Assembly: GCA_022072455.1 (NCBI GenBank)
Contig: JAJVHY010000012.1
Location: forward strand, 233,236 to 297,235
Direction of reading: 5' to 3'
From: Verrucomicrobiia bacterium
Lineage (GTDB): Bacteria > Verrucomicrobiota > Verrucomicrobiia > Palsa-1439
DNA: 64,000 nucleotides
This document shows, piece by piece, positions 49,666 through 59,626 of this stretch. The stretch's first letter is position 1. Each line of letters opens with the position of its first letter. The notes below the pieces were generated by a model. The model did not search any database and was not told the DNA's origin. It worked only from the letters and a program-made list of their open reading frames with translations. The position numbers were made by a program, and so were the translations under genes.

Positions 49666-50584
49666 GTCGCTCGTAGACCTCGTCCAACGCCGCGTCGTTC
49701 CCCACCACCAACGCTGACTCCAGCATGATCCAATAAACCTCCGCCCGCGACACCTTCGCCCCCGGCCCTGACAGCCGCAACCGCGCCAACGTTTTCAACC
49801 CGATCCAAATCGGCCAGATACAGGCCAACCGGAGCCGCTTCTGAGTTGCCGGGATCGCCAACGTATAGCGCCACCCCGCCTCCAAGTGTTCCGCCGCCGC
49901 CGCCAACCCCCCGGCCTCATCCACAACATACTGCCGGCCCAACGCCAAATCCTTCTCCCGGTCCCGCAAAATATTCACCAGTTGCAGTCCTTTCCCGAAC
50001 CGGATCCCGTCGGCCACGCTCAACCGCTCCAGCCCCGGCAAATGCGCCTGACACATCTTCGTCCAAAACTCGCCCACACACCCGGCCACCAGGTACGTAT
50101 ACCGGTCCAGTTCCTCCGCCGTCAGCGGCGCGCCGGGAAACCGTTCCAGATCAAAAATCTGCCCGGTGATGATGGTCGTCAACAATTCCCGGATCAGCGC
50201 CTGATCCGCCGCCGCCAACTCCGTCACCCGCCGGTCACACTCATCCAAGCGTTCCAACAACACCCGCTCCGCCGGCAACGCCTGCTGTCCCGCCAATTCG
50301 CGCACCGACTGAATTCGCCCCGCGCGCATCTCCCGCAACAACTCCAACCGCCGCGCCGCCGGCACCACCGCGGTATCCGCAATCGTATCGCTCGCGCGCG
50401 CCAACAAGTAGGCCAACGAGATGGGCGGCCGAATTGCCGGCGGCAAAATCCGCAGCGTCAGATAAAACGACCGCGACACCTCCCGTAACAACGCACTCAG
50501 TAGATCCTGTGACACGGCCGCGAGTGTAAGAGAATCCCCGGCATTTGGCAAACGCCCCTCCGGCACACTTGACCCTGCCGGCAA
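49649..50584 (-). CDS. squalene/phytoene synthase family protein (HpnC/HpnD-like)
   Basis: REVSRSFYLTLRILP and DxxxD-like LARASDTIAD motifs. Confidence 0.75.
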   Translation of the reverse strand: MPAGSSVPEGRLPNAGDSLTLAAVSQDLLSALLREVSRSFYLTLRILPPAIRPPISLAYLLARASDTIADTAVVPAARRLELLREMRAGRIQSVRELAGQQALPAERVLLERLDECDRRVTELAAADQALIRELLTTIITGQIFDLERFPGAPLTAEELDRYTYLVAGCVGEFWTKMCQAHLPGLERLSVADGIRFGKGLQLVNILRDREKDLALGRQYVVDEAGGLAAAAEHLEAGWRYTLAIPATQKRLRLACIWPIWIGLKTLARLRLSGPGAKVSRAEVYWIMLESALVVGNDAALDEVYERLRSGT

Positions 50585-50603
50585 CCAGTGTTAAGAGGGA
50601 CGC

Positions 50604-50882
50604 ATGCGCGGGTTCGCAATCAATCTCACGGCTGCCGCCATCATCGCCGCACTGACCGGCATCGTTGGCGTTTGCAACCGCGCCTGCGACGACACTGACG
50701 AACACGCCGACAGCGTCGAGATGAGCCACTGCGCGACCCATTGCGTCTGTCACAGCTACAGTCTCCCCGCGCCTGTCCCGGTCGTGGTCGCCCCACACAC
50801 CCCGCAGTTCCACCGGCTGCACGACGAGCAATTGGACCTGCCGGTTGTTGTCGCCGACATCTTCAATCCTCCCAAAGCCTGA
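50604..50882 (+). CDS. small Cys/His-rich putative metal-binding protein preceding the czc operon
   Basis: 92 aa with an N-terminal hydrophobic segment and the motif HCATHCVCHSYS. Confidence 0.45.
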   Translation: MRGFAINLTAAAIIAALTGIVGVCNRACDDTDEHADSVEMSHCATHCVCHSYSLPAPVPVVVAPHTPQFHRLHDEQLDLPVVVADIFNPPKA

Positions 50883-50938
50883 TTCGTCTCCCGTCGTGTC
50901 GTTGAACCCAGGAGTTGTGTGTCCATCGGAGATGAACT

Positions 50939-52123
50939 GTGTCCTCAAAACTTGTCGTATTGTTGCTCGTGTCAGCCGGGATGGCCCGCGCTGACGGCTT
51001 GACGCTTTCGAATGCCCTCGCGACCGCGATGGCCGGCAACCCCGAACTGCGGGCGGCCCGGCTCCAAATCGCCGTCGCCACCGGCCGCGCCCAACAAACC
51101 CGCGCGTGGCCCAATCCCGAACTCGAACTCAGCGCCAGCGACATGCCGGCGAATGCCATCGGCTTGGCCCGCGCCAAAAACATGGTCGGCATTTCGCAAA
51201 CTGTCCCCTTCCCCGGCAAGAAAGCGCTCGACGGACGAATCGGCCGCCAGGAAATCACCGTCGCCGAATCCGAGTCCCGTGACCGGGAACGCGAACTGAT
51301 CCGCGCCGTGAAATCCGCCTTCTACCGGACACTTGCGACGGGCAAGAAACTGGCCGTCGCCCAGCAATTGCTGGAACTGACCGACTCCCTCGGCAAAGCC
51401 GCATCCCAACGCGTCGAATCCGGCGCCGCCGGCAATCAGGAGCGGCTGCGGGCCGAGATCGAGCACGAACGCGCCCGGCTCGATGTCGCCGCCGCCCGCC
51501 GCGAATGGGCTGACGCCCAGCGCGACCTGGCGCGGCTGCTGGGGCAACCGCCCGGCGAATTGGCCGGTGAGTTACGCACTGACGTTCCGGCCTTGATCGC
51601 GGAGCCCAACCGGCGCACCGCGCAAGCCAACCGCGACCGGGCCGAACTGGAATGGCAGCGCGCCCGGCTCGACGCCCTGCCGGACGTGACGTTCGGCGTG
51701 GCCGGCGGCCGCGACACAGCGGCCAACGAAAACTTGGTGGAATTTCGCGTTTCCCTGCCGTTGCCACTCTTCGACCGCGGCCAAGGCCGGCATCGCGAAG
51801 CCCGCGCCCGCGCCGAACTGGCCCGGGCCGAGCTCACCGCCACCGAACACCGGTTGGCGCAAGAACTCGCGGGGGTTGACCACCGGTTGCAGGTGGCCGG
51901 CGAGCAAGTCGCGGCGTACCGGGAGCGCATTGTGCCGAAGGCCGAAGAAGCGTTGCGGCTCGTGCAGACCGGGTTTGCGGCCGGCAAGTTCAGCTTCCTC
52001 GAATTAGTGGACACCCAGCGCACCGTGGCCGAAGCGCGGCTGGGCTATTTGGATCAGCTGCTCGAATTGAATCTCGCTCTCGCTGAGTGGGAAATGTTCG
52101 CAGGCACCCAAGTGAAGGAGTAA
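50939..52123 (+). CDS. czcC: heavy-metal efflux outer membrane factor (CzcC/TolC family)
   Basis: Has a signal peptide and two OEP repeats. Its position before the membrane fusion protein and RND genes fits CzcC. Confidence 0.8.
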   Translation: MSSKLVVLLLVSAGMARADGLTLSNALATAMAGNPELRAARLQIAVATGRAQQTRAWPNPELELSASDMPANAIGLARAKNMVGISQTVPFPGKKALDGRIGRQEITVAESESRDRERELIRAVKSAFYRTLATGKKLAVAQQLLELTDSLGKAASQRVESGAAGNQERLRAEIEHERARLDVAAARREWADAQRDLARLLGQPPGELAGELRTDVPALIAEPNRRTAQANRDRAELEWQRARLDALPDVTFGVAGGRDTAANENLVEFRVSLPLPLFDRGQGRHREARARAELARAELTATEHRLAQELAGVDHRLQVAGEQVAAYRERIVPKAEEALRLVQTGFAAGKFSFLELVDTQRTVAEARLGYLDQLLELNLALAEWEMFAGTQVKE

Positions 52124-52129
52124 CCAGAT

Positions 52130-53398
52130 ATGAAAATCAATGTAGGGTGCGCTATTGCGCACCATCTGAAAATCAAACGCAGAATTTGGTGCGCAATAGC
52201 GCACCCTACACTCGCTGTCTTGCTACTAGCCGGCTGCGGCAAAAAACCCGACACGCATGATGGCCACGATCACAGCGGGCATGCGCACGGCGAAGACTGG
52301 TGCGCGTCGCACGGCGTGCCGGAATCGAAATGCGGCATCTGCAATCCCGGCGCGCTGCAAACCGGCACCACGCTGCAAGTCCGTCTGCCGGCGACCAACT
52401 CGGCCGCTCTCGTGGGCATCGCAACTGCCACGCCCACGACCGGCGCGGTGAGTGACGGCATCGAGTGCTACGCCGAGTTGACGTTCAACCAAAACAAACT
52501 CGCGCAGCTCACGGCGCCGGTCAGCGGGATTCTCCGCGAGGTGACGGCGGACTTGGGCGACGTGCTCACGGAAGGGCAACCGGCCGCGCGGATCTGGTCG
52601 GCGCAGATTGCGGAGACGGTGGCGCGGGCGGTGTTGACGCATCAGACTTTGGAGCGCGAACGGAAGCTTCGCGCGGGCGGGATCACCGCCGGCAAGGATT
52701 TGCAGGAGGCGGAGGCGGCGCACCGGGCGGCGTGTCAACAGGCGCGGACGTTGGGGTTTTCGGAGGAAGACATCGACGCGATGGGGGCGAATCCCGACGA
52801 GCCGGTGTTGCTGGAAGTGCGCGCCCCGTTTGCCGGCGAGATCATTGAACGCAACGCCGTCCGCGGCGCGCTGGTGGAAGCCGGCAAGCCCCTGTTCACG
52901 CTGGCAGATCGGACGACGATGTGGGCGATGTTGAACTTGCCCGAGTCCGCGCTCGCACGGGTGCAGGTGGGCCAGCCGGTCGAGTTGACCGTGGATTCGT
53001 TGCCGGGGCAGGCGTTTACCGGCGCGGTGACGTGGGTGAGCGCGGAGGTGGATGAACGAACGCGGTTGGCGCGCGCGCGGGCGGAGATACCGAATCCAAC
53101 GGGTGGGCTGCGGGCGCGGATGTTTGCCCGGGCGCGCATCGTGACCCGGCAAGCCGCGGCGGCGATGTTGTTACCGGCAACGGCGGTGCAGACGGTGGAT
53201 GGCCGGTCGGTGCTGTTTGTGCGGGCCGCAGCGGATCTTTACGAGGCGCGCGTGGTGACGGTGGGCGCGAAACGGAATGGGCACGTGGAAGTGTTGACCG
53301 GGGTGAAGGACGGGGAGCCGGTCGTGGTGGAGCAGGCGTTTACGTTGAAGTCGCAGTTGCTGCTGTCGCGATTGGGGGCGGGGTGTGCCCACGAATAG
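52130..53398 (+). CDS. czcB: efflux RND periplasmic adaptor (CzcB/CusB-like) with a His-rich N-terminus
   Basis: Lipobox LLLAGCGKK and a His-rich segment DTHDGHDHSGHAHGEDWCASHG. It carries the MFP beta-barrel/lipoyl domains. Confidence 0.8.
   Translation: MKINVGCAIAHHLKIKRRIWCAIAHPTLAVLLLAGCGKKPDTHDGHDHSGHAHGEDWCASHGVPESKCGICNPGALQTGTTLQVRLPATNSAALVGIATATPTTGAVSDGIECYAELTFNQNKLAQLTAPVSGILREVTADLGDVLTEGQPAARIWSAQIAETVARAVLTHQTLERERKLRAGGITAGKDLQEAEAAHRAACQQARTLGFSEEDIDAMGANPDEPVLLEVRAPFAGEIIERNAVRGALVEAGKPLFTLADRTTMWAMLNLPESALARVQVGQPVELTVDSLPGQAFTGAVTWVSAEVDERTRLARARAEIPNPTGGLRARMFARARIVTRQAAAAMLLPATAVQTVDGRSVLFVRAAADLYEARVVTVGAKRNGHVEVLTGVKDGEPVVVEQAFTLKSQLLLSRLGAGCAHE
52142..52209. repeat. 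22-bp perfect inverted repeat GTAGGGTGCGCTATTGCGCACC / GGTGCGCAATAGCGCACCCTAC (24-nt spacer) embedded in the 5' end of czcB
   Basis: Seen directly in the sequence. Each arm is itself palindromic (GTGCGC-TATT-GCGCAC). It produces the duplicated CAIAH peptide in the predicted signal peptide. Confidence 0.7.
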
Positions 53399-53404
53399 GT
53401 CATT

Positions 53405-56400
53405 ATGTTGAACTGGATCATTGATTTTTCGCTGAAGAACCGGCTGCTGGTGTGTTTGCTCGCGGTTGGGTTGGTGGTGGTGGGCGGGCGGGCGTTGTCG
53501 CGGTTGCCGATTGATGCTTTCCCCGATACGACACCGGTGCAGGTGCAGATCAACACCAGCGTGCCGGCGCTGAACCCGGTGGAGGTCGAGCAACAAATCA
53601 CGATCCCGATCGAGCAGGCGGTGAGCGGGTTGCCGGGGTTGCAGAATGTGCGCTCGATCTCGAAGTTCGGCTTGTCGCAGGTGGTGGTGACCTTTGTGGA
53701 CGGGACGAGTATTTATCTGGCCCGGCAATTGGTGACGGAACGGTTGCAGAGCGTGGAGTTGCCGGAGGGGATGGCGCGACCGGAGTTGGGGCCGATTTCG
53801 ACGGGATTGGGCGAGGTGTTTCACTATGTGGTGCGGTCGAGTAATCCGCAGCGGTCGTTGACGGAATTGCGGGAGATTCATGATTGGCTGGTGAAACCGC
53901 AACTCCGGCAGGTGCGCGGGGTGGCGGAGGTGAATTCGTGGGGCGGCTTCGAGAAGCAGTATCACGTGGTGGTGGAGCCGGAACGGTTGCTGAAACACGG
54001 GTTGACGTTGGCGGATTTGATCGAGGCGTTGCAGGCCAATAACCAGAACGTGGGCGGCGGGCAGATCGTGCGCGGCGGGGAATCGTTGTTGGTCCATGGC
54101 GTGGGGTTGACGACGAATCCCGAGCAGATCGGCAACATCGTCATCACGGCGCAGGCGGGCAGCCCGGTGCGGGTGCGGGATGTGGCGACGGTGCGGGTGG
54201 ATCATGAGATCCGCCGGGGGGCGGTGACGGCGGGCGGCAAGGGTGAAGCAGTGTTGGGGTTGGGGTTCATGTTGATGGGTGAGAATAGCGCGGTGGTGAC
54301 GCGGGCGTTGAAGGCGAAGTTGACCGAGGTGCAGGCGACGATGCCGGCGGATGTGGTGCTGGAAGTGGTGTATGACCGGACGGAGTTGGTGGAAAAGGTC
54401 ATCGGGACGGTGAAAGAGAATTTGTTGGCGGGGGCGTTGTTGGTGGTGGCGTTTCTGTTCATGTTCCTCGGCAATTTGCGGGCGGGGTTGATCGTGGCGG
54501 CGGCGATTCCGTTGTCGCTGTTGTTCGCCGGGAATTTCATGTTGCAGGCCGGCATTGCGGCGAGTTTGCTCAGTCTCGGCGCGATTGATTTCGGGCTGAT
54601 CGTGGATAGCTCGGTGATCATGGTGGAGAATTGCGTCCGGCATGTGGCGAACGCCGGCCGGGATGTGGGAGCGGCGTCCCCGCCGCGACCGGGCGAAGGG
54701 AATCGCGGCGGGGACGCCGCTCCCACAACACCAGAGCGGAAATCCCGCCTCGAAATCATCCGCGACGCGGCCATCGAAGTCCGGAAGCCGACGATGTTCG
54801 GGGAGTTGATCATCATGATCGTGTTCCTGCCGGTGCTGACGCTGGAAGGGATCGAGGGGAAGATGTTCCGCCCGATGGCGTTGACGATGATTTTTGCGTT
54901 GGCGGGATCGTTGATCTTGTCGCTGACGTTGATGCCGGTGCTGGCGAGTTTGTTGTTGCCGAAAAAGATGGCAGACCGCGAGCCGTGGTTGGTGCGCGTG
55001 GCGCACCGGGTGTATACGCCGGTCTTGGATTGGGCATTGCGGTGGCGGACGGTCACGTTGGTGGCGGCACTGGCGTTAGTGGCCGGGGCGGCAGCGTTGG
55101 CGACGCGGCGGGGCGGCGAGTTTTTGCCGAAACTCGGCGAACAGGCGCTGGCAGTCAGCACGGTGCGGCTGGCCGGGGTGGCGGTGGATGAGGCGGTGGG
55201 GTTGAATGACCGGATTGAGCAGGCGTTGCTAGCGAAGTTTCCCGACGAGATCGAACACATCTGGACACGACTCGGAACGGCGGAAGTGGCGACCGACCCG
55301 ATGGGCATCGAGTTGTCGGACTTTTTCATCGCGCTCAAACCGCGCCAGCAGTGGAAACAGGCGCGCACGCAACCGGAGTTGGTGGAAGCGATGCGGGAGG
55401 TTTTCAATCAAGTGCCGGGGATGACGGCGGCGTTCAGTCAGCCCATCGAGATGCGAATGAACGAGATGATTGCCGGGGTGCGGGGAGACGTGGCGGTGAA
55501 GATTTATGGGGATGATCTGGCGGTGTTGGGCGAGTTGTCGGAACAGGTGCAAGGCGTCATGACGGGATTGCGCGGCGCGGTGGAGGTGGCCGGCGAGCAG
55601 TTGACCGGACAGCCGGTGTTGGAGGTCAAGGTGGATTCGGAGGCGAGCGCGCGGTTTGGCGTTTCGACGCGGGATGTGTTGAGTATCGTGGAAGCGGTCG
55701 GGACGAAACAGGTGGGCGAGGTGCGGGAGAGTCAACGACGGTTTCCGTTGGTGGTGCGCTTGCCCGACCGGCAACGGACGGATCCGGCGGCGTTGGCGAC
55801 CACGTTGATTCCGACGGCAACGGGACCGGTGTTGCCGTTGGAGCGGGTGGCAAAGATTGCGTTGACAGAAGGCCCGGCCACGATCAACCGGGAATGGAGC
55901 CGGCGGCGGACGGTGATTCAGTGCAATGTGCGCGGCCGGGATGTCGCGAGTTTTGTCGCGGAAGCGAAGGCGCAGATGCCGCAGTTGCCGGAAGGTTACA
56001 CGGTGGAATGGGGCGGGCAGTTCGAGAACATGGAACGGGCGAACCAGCGCTTGCTGTTCGTGGTGCCGGTGGCGTTGGGTTTGATTTTCGTGCTGCTGTA
56101 TTTGAGCCTGAAATCGTTTCGCGATGTGCTGATCGTCGCGACCGGCATTCCGATGGGCGCGGTCGGCGGGGTGTTGGCGTTGTGGGTGCGGGACATGCCG
56201 TTCACGGTGAGCGCAGGGATTGGGTTTGTGGCGTTGAGCGGCGTGGCGATGTTGAATGGGCTGGTGCTGGTGACGTTCATCAAACAGAAACTCGCCGCCG
56301 GGACGCCGCTCGAAACGGCCGTGCGCGAGGGGTGCTTGGTGCGGTTGCGGCCGGTATTGATGACGGCGTTGGTGGCGGCAGTCGGGTTTATTCCGATGGC

Positions 56401-56533
56401 GGTGAACGTCGGAGTCGGCGGCGAGATTCAACGTCCGTTGGCGACGGTGGTCATCGGCGGCATCATCACCGATACGGTGCTGACGCTGCTGGTGTTACCG
56501 GTGTTGTATTGCGGTGGTCGCCGCCGCGGGTAA
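53405..56533 (+). CDS. czcA: heavy-metal efflux RND transporter (CzcA/CusA, HME family)
   Basis: 1042 aa with 12 TM segments. It matches the CzcA-like N-terminus MLNWIIDFSLKNRLLV and has the conserved periplasmic loops. Confidence 0.9.
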   Translation: MLNWIIDFSLKNRLLVCLLAVGLVVVGGRALSRLPIDAFPDTTPVQVQINTSVPALNPVEVEQQITIPIEQAVSGLPGLQNVRSISKFGLSQVVVTFVDGTSIYLARQLVTERLQSVELPEGMARPELGPISTGLGEVFHYVVRSSNPQRSLTELREIHDWLVKPQLRQVRGVAEVNSWGGFEKQYHVVVEPERLLKHGLTLADLIEALQANNQNVGGGQIVRGGESLLVHGVGLTTNPEQIGNIVITAQAGSPVRVRDVATVRVDHEIRRGAVTAGGKGEAVLGLGFMLMGENSAVVTRALKAKLTEVQATMPADVVLEVVYDRTELVEKVIGTVKENLLAGALLVVAFLFMFLGNLRAGLIVAAAIPLSLLFAGNFMLQAGIAASLLSLGAIDFGLIVDSSVIMVENCVRHVANAGRDVGAASPPRPGEGNRGGDAAPTTPERKSRLEIIRDAAIEVRKPTMFGELIIMIVFLPVLTLEGIEGKMFRPMALTMIFALAGSLILSLTLMPVLASLLLPKKMADREPWLVRVAHRVYTPVLDWALRWRTVTLVAALALVAGAAALATRRGGEFLPKLGEQALAVSTVRLAGVAVDEAVGLNDRIEQALLAKFPDEIEHIWTRLGTAEVATDPMGIELSDFFIALKPRQQWKQARTQPELVEAMREVFNQVPGMTAAFSQPIEMRMNEMIAGVRGDVAVKIYGDDLAVLGELSEQVQGVMTGLRGAVEVAGEQLTGQPVLEVKVDSEASARFGVSTRDVLSIVEAVGTKQVGEVRESQRRFPLVVRLPDRQRTDPAALATTLIPTATGPVLPLERVAKIALTEGPATINREWSRRRTVIQCNVRGRDVASFVAEAKAQMPQLPEGYTVEWGGQFENMERANQRLLFVVPVALGLIFVLLYLSLKSFRDVLIVATGIPMGAVGGVLALWVRDMPFTVSAGIGFVALSGVAMLNGLVLVTFIKQKLAAGTPLETAVREGCLVRLRPVLMTALVAAVGFIPMAVNVGVGGEIQRPLATVVIGGIITDTVLTLLVLPVLYCGGRRRG

Positions 56534-57985
56534 TCAGAACGTCTTGCGGAGGTTGCTCGGAAGGATGTTCAGTTCGTTCCGGTATTTGGCGACTGTGCGC
56601 CGGGCAATCGGGATGCCTTTTTCTTTGAGCAACGCGACGATTTCCTGGTCGGAAAGCGGTTTGAGGGGGTCTTCTTTTTCGACGAGTTGCGCGATGGCAT
56701 CTTTGACGCTGGTGTTGCTGAGGGTACCGCCGGAGGCGGTCGCGAACCCGGGCGTGAAGAAGTATTTCATCTCGAACAAGCCCTGCGGGGTCTGCATGTA
56801 CTTGTTCGCCACGGCCCGGCTGACGGTGGTTTCGTGGACGCCGACAACTTCGGCGACTTGCGCCATGGTCAACGGTTTGAGATGGGCGATGCCTTTGTCG
56901 AAGAAGTCGCGTTGCCGGTCGAGGATGACTTTGGCGATGTTGCTGATGGTCTGCTGGCGCTGGTGGATGCTCTTGATGAGGAACTTGCCGGCGCGGATTT
57001 TTTCTTTGATGTACTCTTTCGCATCACCGAGCTTATCGCCGCTGGCCATCAATTCTTTGTAGGTGTTGCTGATGCGCAGATGCGGAATCTGTTCGCTGTT
57101 GAGCAGGATCACGTAATCATCGTCCACGCGTTGAATCACCACGTCCGCCGCCACGTAATGGTGCTGGTCGGTGCTGAACAACCGGCCCGGGCGCGGTTCG
57201 AGCGTCGCGATGAAATTGGCCAGTTGTTGGACTTGGTCAACCGACAGGCCCATCACGCGCGCGATTTCGGGGTACCGTTTCTTACCAAGATCTTCAAGGT
57301 GTTGGCCGACGATCTGCGCTTCGATGGAATCGGCTTTCCCGAGGCGGTTCAACTGGATCAGGAGGCATTCCTTCAATGACCGCGCCCCGACTCCAACCGG
57401 ATGAAAAGTCTGAATCAATTCGCTGGCCGCCTGAAGTTGCGCGAGCGGAATGCCGGAACTGATGGAAATTTCTTCGAGCGGGGTCAGCAGATAACCGTCG
57501 TCATTGATGCTGCCGATGAGCAATTCGACGACTTTGCGCTGGTCGGGCGCGGTGTTGGCGAAGTTCAACTGCGACAGCAAATGTTGCTGGAGGGATTCTT
57601 GCTGGACGATGGAATCAAAAAAGTGCTGGCGTTGTTCTTCGGCCTCGGTCGAGCGGCCATGGAAGGTGTTCGTCTGCGAAAAATACTCGCGCCATTCTTC
57701 GTCGAGTTTCGCGAGCGCCTCGAACTCCTCCTTGAACTCCTTTTCATTCTTCTCGCGCGCGTCATCGGCGATTCCGGTCTCGTCGCTGCCTTCCATCTCG
57801 ACCCGCGGGCTATCGTCTTTCGATAATTCTTCGAGCAATGGATTCTGCTGCATTTCCTCGTGGACGAGCTGATTCAGTTCCAACGCCGACACTTGCAACA
57901 GATGGAGACTTTGCTGCAGTTGCGGCGCGAGAATCTGCTGCAACGACAAACGCTGAACTTGTTGTAAACCGGGACCTTGAGCCAT
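56534..57985 (-). CDS. rpoN: RNA polymerase sigma-54 factor
   Basis: Has a Gln-rich N-terminus, the HTH, and the RpoN box ARRTVAKYR. Confidence 0.9.
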   Translation of the reverse strand: MAQGPGLQQVQRLSLQQILAPQLQQSLHLLQVSALELNQLVHEEMQQNPLLEELSKDDSPRVEMEGSDETGIADDAREKNEKEFKEEFEALAKLDEEWREYFSQTNTFHGRSTEAEEQRQHFFDSIVQQESLQQHLLSQLNFANTAPDQRKVVELLIGSINDDGYLLTPLEEISISSGIPLAQLQAASELIQTFHPVGVGARSLKECLLIQLNRLGKADSIEAQIVGQHLEDLGKKRYPEIARVMGLSVDQVQQLANFIATLEPRPGRLFSTDQHHYVAADVVIQRVDDDYVILLNSEQIPHLRISNTYKELMASGDKLGDAKEYIKEKIRAGKFLIKSIHQRQQTISNIAKVILDRQRDFFDKGIAHLKPLTMAQVAEVVGVHETTVSRAVANKYMQTPQGLFEMKYFFTPGFATASGGTLSNTSVKDAIAQLVEKEDPLKPLSDQEIVALLKEKGIPIARRTVAKYRNELNILPSNLRKTF

Positions 57986-58082
57986 TGCGCTTCATATATA
58001 ACCGCCCAAGTCGGCAAGTAAAGGGCGAAAACATTTTCCGTGCCGATTTCCGCAGGGAAATGATTCACATGCGGACAACCTT

Positions 58083-59282
58083 TTGTTACCGTCCGCGCCC
58101 ATGCAGGATATTCTCAGCAAACTCGCCCAAACATCTGGCCTCACCGTCACCGGCGGCAAAATCCGCCGCACTTCGTCCCGCTTCTGCTTTGGCGTCGAAC
58201 ACGGCGATTACAACGGCACCGAACTGTTCGGCGTCGGCACGGACCGGTTCATCTGGATGGCCTACAAACCAAACGCCACCGGCCGCATCCGGCTTTTCAG
58301 CGACAACTTCCCGGCCGACGGCATCATTGATTTTCGTCCCGGCGAAACGCCCCCGCCCCGCTCCGTCTCCGATTCGTGGGCGCGGTTTCCCCTGGGCGTT
58401 GCCCACATTTTGCGGCGCGCGGGATTTCCCATCACCCGTGGCTTCGACGCCGTCCTCCACGCCAACATTCCCGGCGGCGGCATGTCCCGGTCGGCCTCCC
58501 TCATCCTGAACCTGATGCTGACCCTCCTCGAAGCCAACGGCCTCCAGGCGAAAACCGACATGCAGCTGATTGACCTCTCGCAAGCCGTCGAAAACGATTA
58601 CATCGGCTCACCGAGCGGCCAACTCGACCAGATCATGATCTACTTCGCGAAAGCCGGCATGGGCACTCACTACAACCCGGCCACCCGCGCGATCACTTAC
58701 GTCCCTCTCGGCAAGGGCGCGCTGGATTTCCGGATCGTCAGCCTCGATACCGGCACGGTGCGGCCGGGCTTGGAAAAGTCCACCTACAAAATCCGCCGCG
58801 CCGAATGCGACGAACTTGCCCGGCTCGCCGGCCTGAAATGTCTGGCGGAAGTCCGTGACGAAGCGACGTACCGGCAGATTGCGGAACGGTTCCCGAAATT
58901 GGCGCCGCGGCTCAACTACATCTATCACGCCCAGCAACGCTTCTACCGGCTGCTCGACGCTTGGAAAAGCGGCGACATCGAAACCGTGGGATCGATCTTC
59001 CGCCAAGACGGCTTCGGACTGCGTGATGACTATCAGATTTCCGGTCCTGAATTGGAAACGATGTGCGACATCGCCCGCACCGTTCCCGGCGTGCTCGGCG
59101 AACGCATGCTCGGGGGCGGCGACAAAGGGGCCTCCGGCGCCATCGTCCGCGCCGAGAGCGTCGCGGCCTTGAAACAGGCCGTGGACACTGAATACCCCCG
59201 CCGGCAACCCGCCTATGCCCAGAAGTATGCCGTCCACGTCTGCAATCTGGTAGACGGCATTGCCGTCATGCCGGGAATTTAG
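58083..59282 (+). CDS. GHMP kinase family protein (galactokinase-like)
   Basis: IPGGGMSRSASL GHMP motif. Size is 399 aa. Confidence 0.7.
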   Translation: MLPSAPMQDILSKLAQTSGLTVTGGKIRRTSSRFCFGVEHGDYNGTELFGVGTDRFIWMAYKPNATGRIRLFSDNFPADGIIDFRPGETPPPRSVSDSWARFPLGVAHILRRAGFPITRGFDAVLHANIPGGGMSRSASLILNLMLTLLEANGLQAKTDMQLIDLSQAVENDYIGSPSGQLDQIMIYFAKAGMGTHYNPATRAITYVPLGKGALDFRIVSLDTGTVRPGLEKSTYKIRRAECDELARLAGLKCLAEVRDEATYRQIAERFPKLAPRLNYIYHAQQRFYRLLDAWKSGDIETVGSIFRQDGFGLRDDYQISGPELETMCDIARTVPGVLGERMLGGGDKGASGAIVRAESVAALKQAVDTEYPRRQPAYAQKYAVHVCNLVDGIAVMPGI

Positions 59283-59623
59283 CCCGGCGGCCAGTTCAAG
59301 GAGCGCCCGCCGAGCAGATGCACGTGCAAGTGCGGCACACTCTCGCCAGCATCCCGCCCCTTGTTGACGACCAACCGGTAACCGGTTGAATCAATCCCCT
59401 CGTTACGCGCAATCTGCGCCGCGACCGTCAATAGATGCCCGAGCAACGCTTCATCACCGGTCACTGCCGCGCCGACGTTGGCGATGGCTTTTTTCGGGAG
59501 AACCAAAATGTGGACGGGCGCCTGCGGGTTGATGTCGCGGAATGCCAACGCCCGGTCATCCTCGAAAACAATCTGGGCCGGGATTTGCTTGGCGATGATC
59601 TTGGCGAAAATGTTGTCAGCCAT
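59279..59623 (-). CDS. HIT family protein
   Basis: HLHVHLLGG histidine triad. Confidence 0.85.
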   Translation of the reverse strand: MADNIFAKIIAKQIPAQIVFEDDRALAFRDINPQAPVHILVLPKKAIANVGAAVTGDEALLGHLLTVAAQIARNEGIDSTGYRLVVNKGRDAGESVPHLHVHLLGGRSLNWPPG

Positions 59624-59626
59624 AGT

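Noticed and set aside
53171-56431. Long minus-strand ORFs (611, 401 and 400 aa) overlapping czcB/czcA
   Set aside because: They are antisense to a well-supported HME-RND pump gene. Their sequences are Arg/His/Pro-rich junk.
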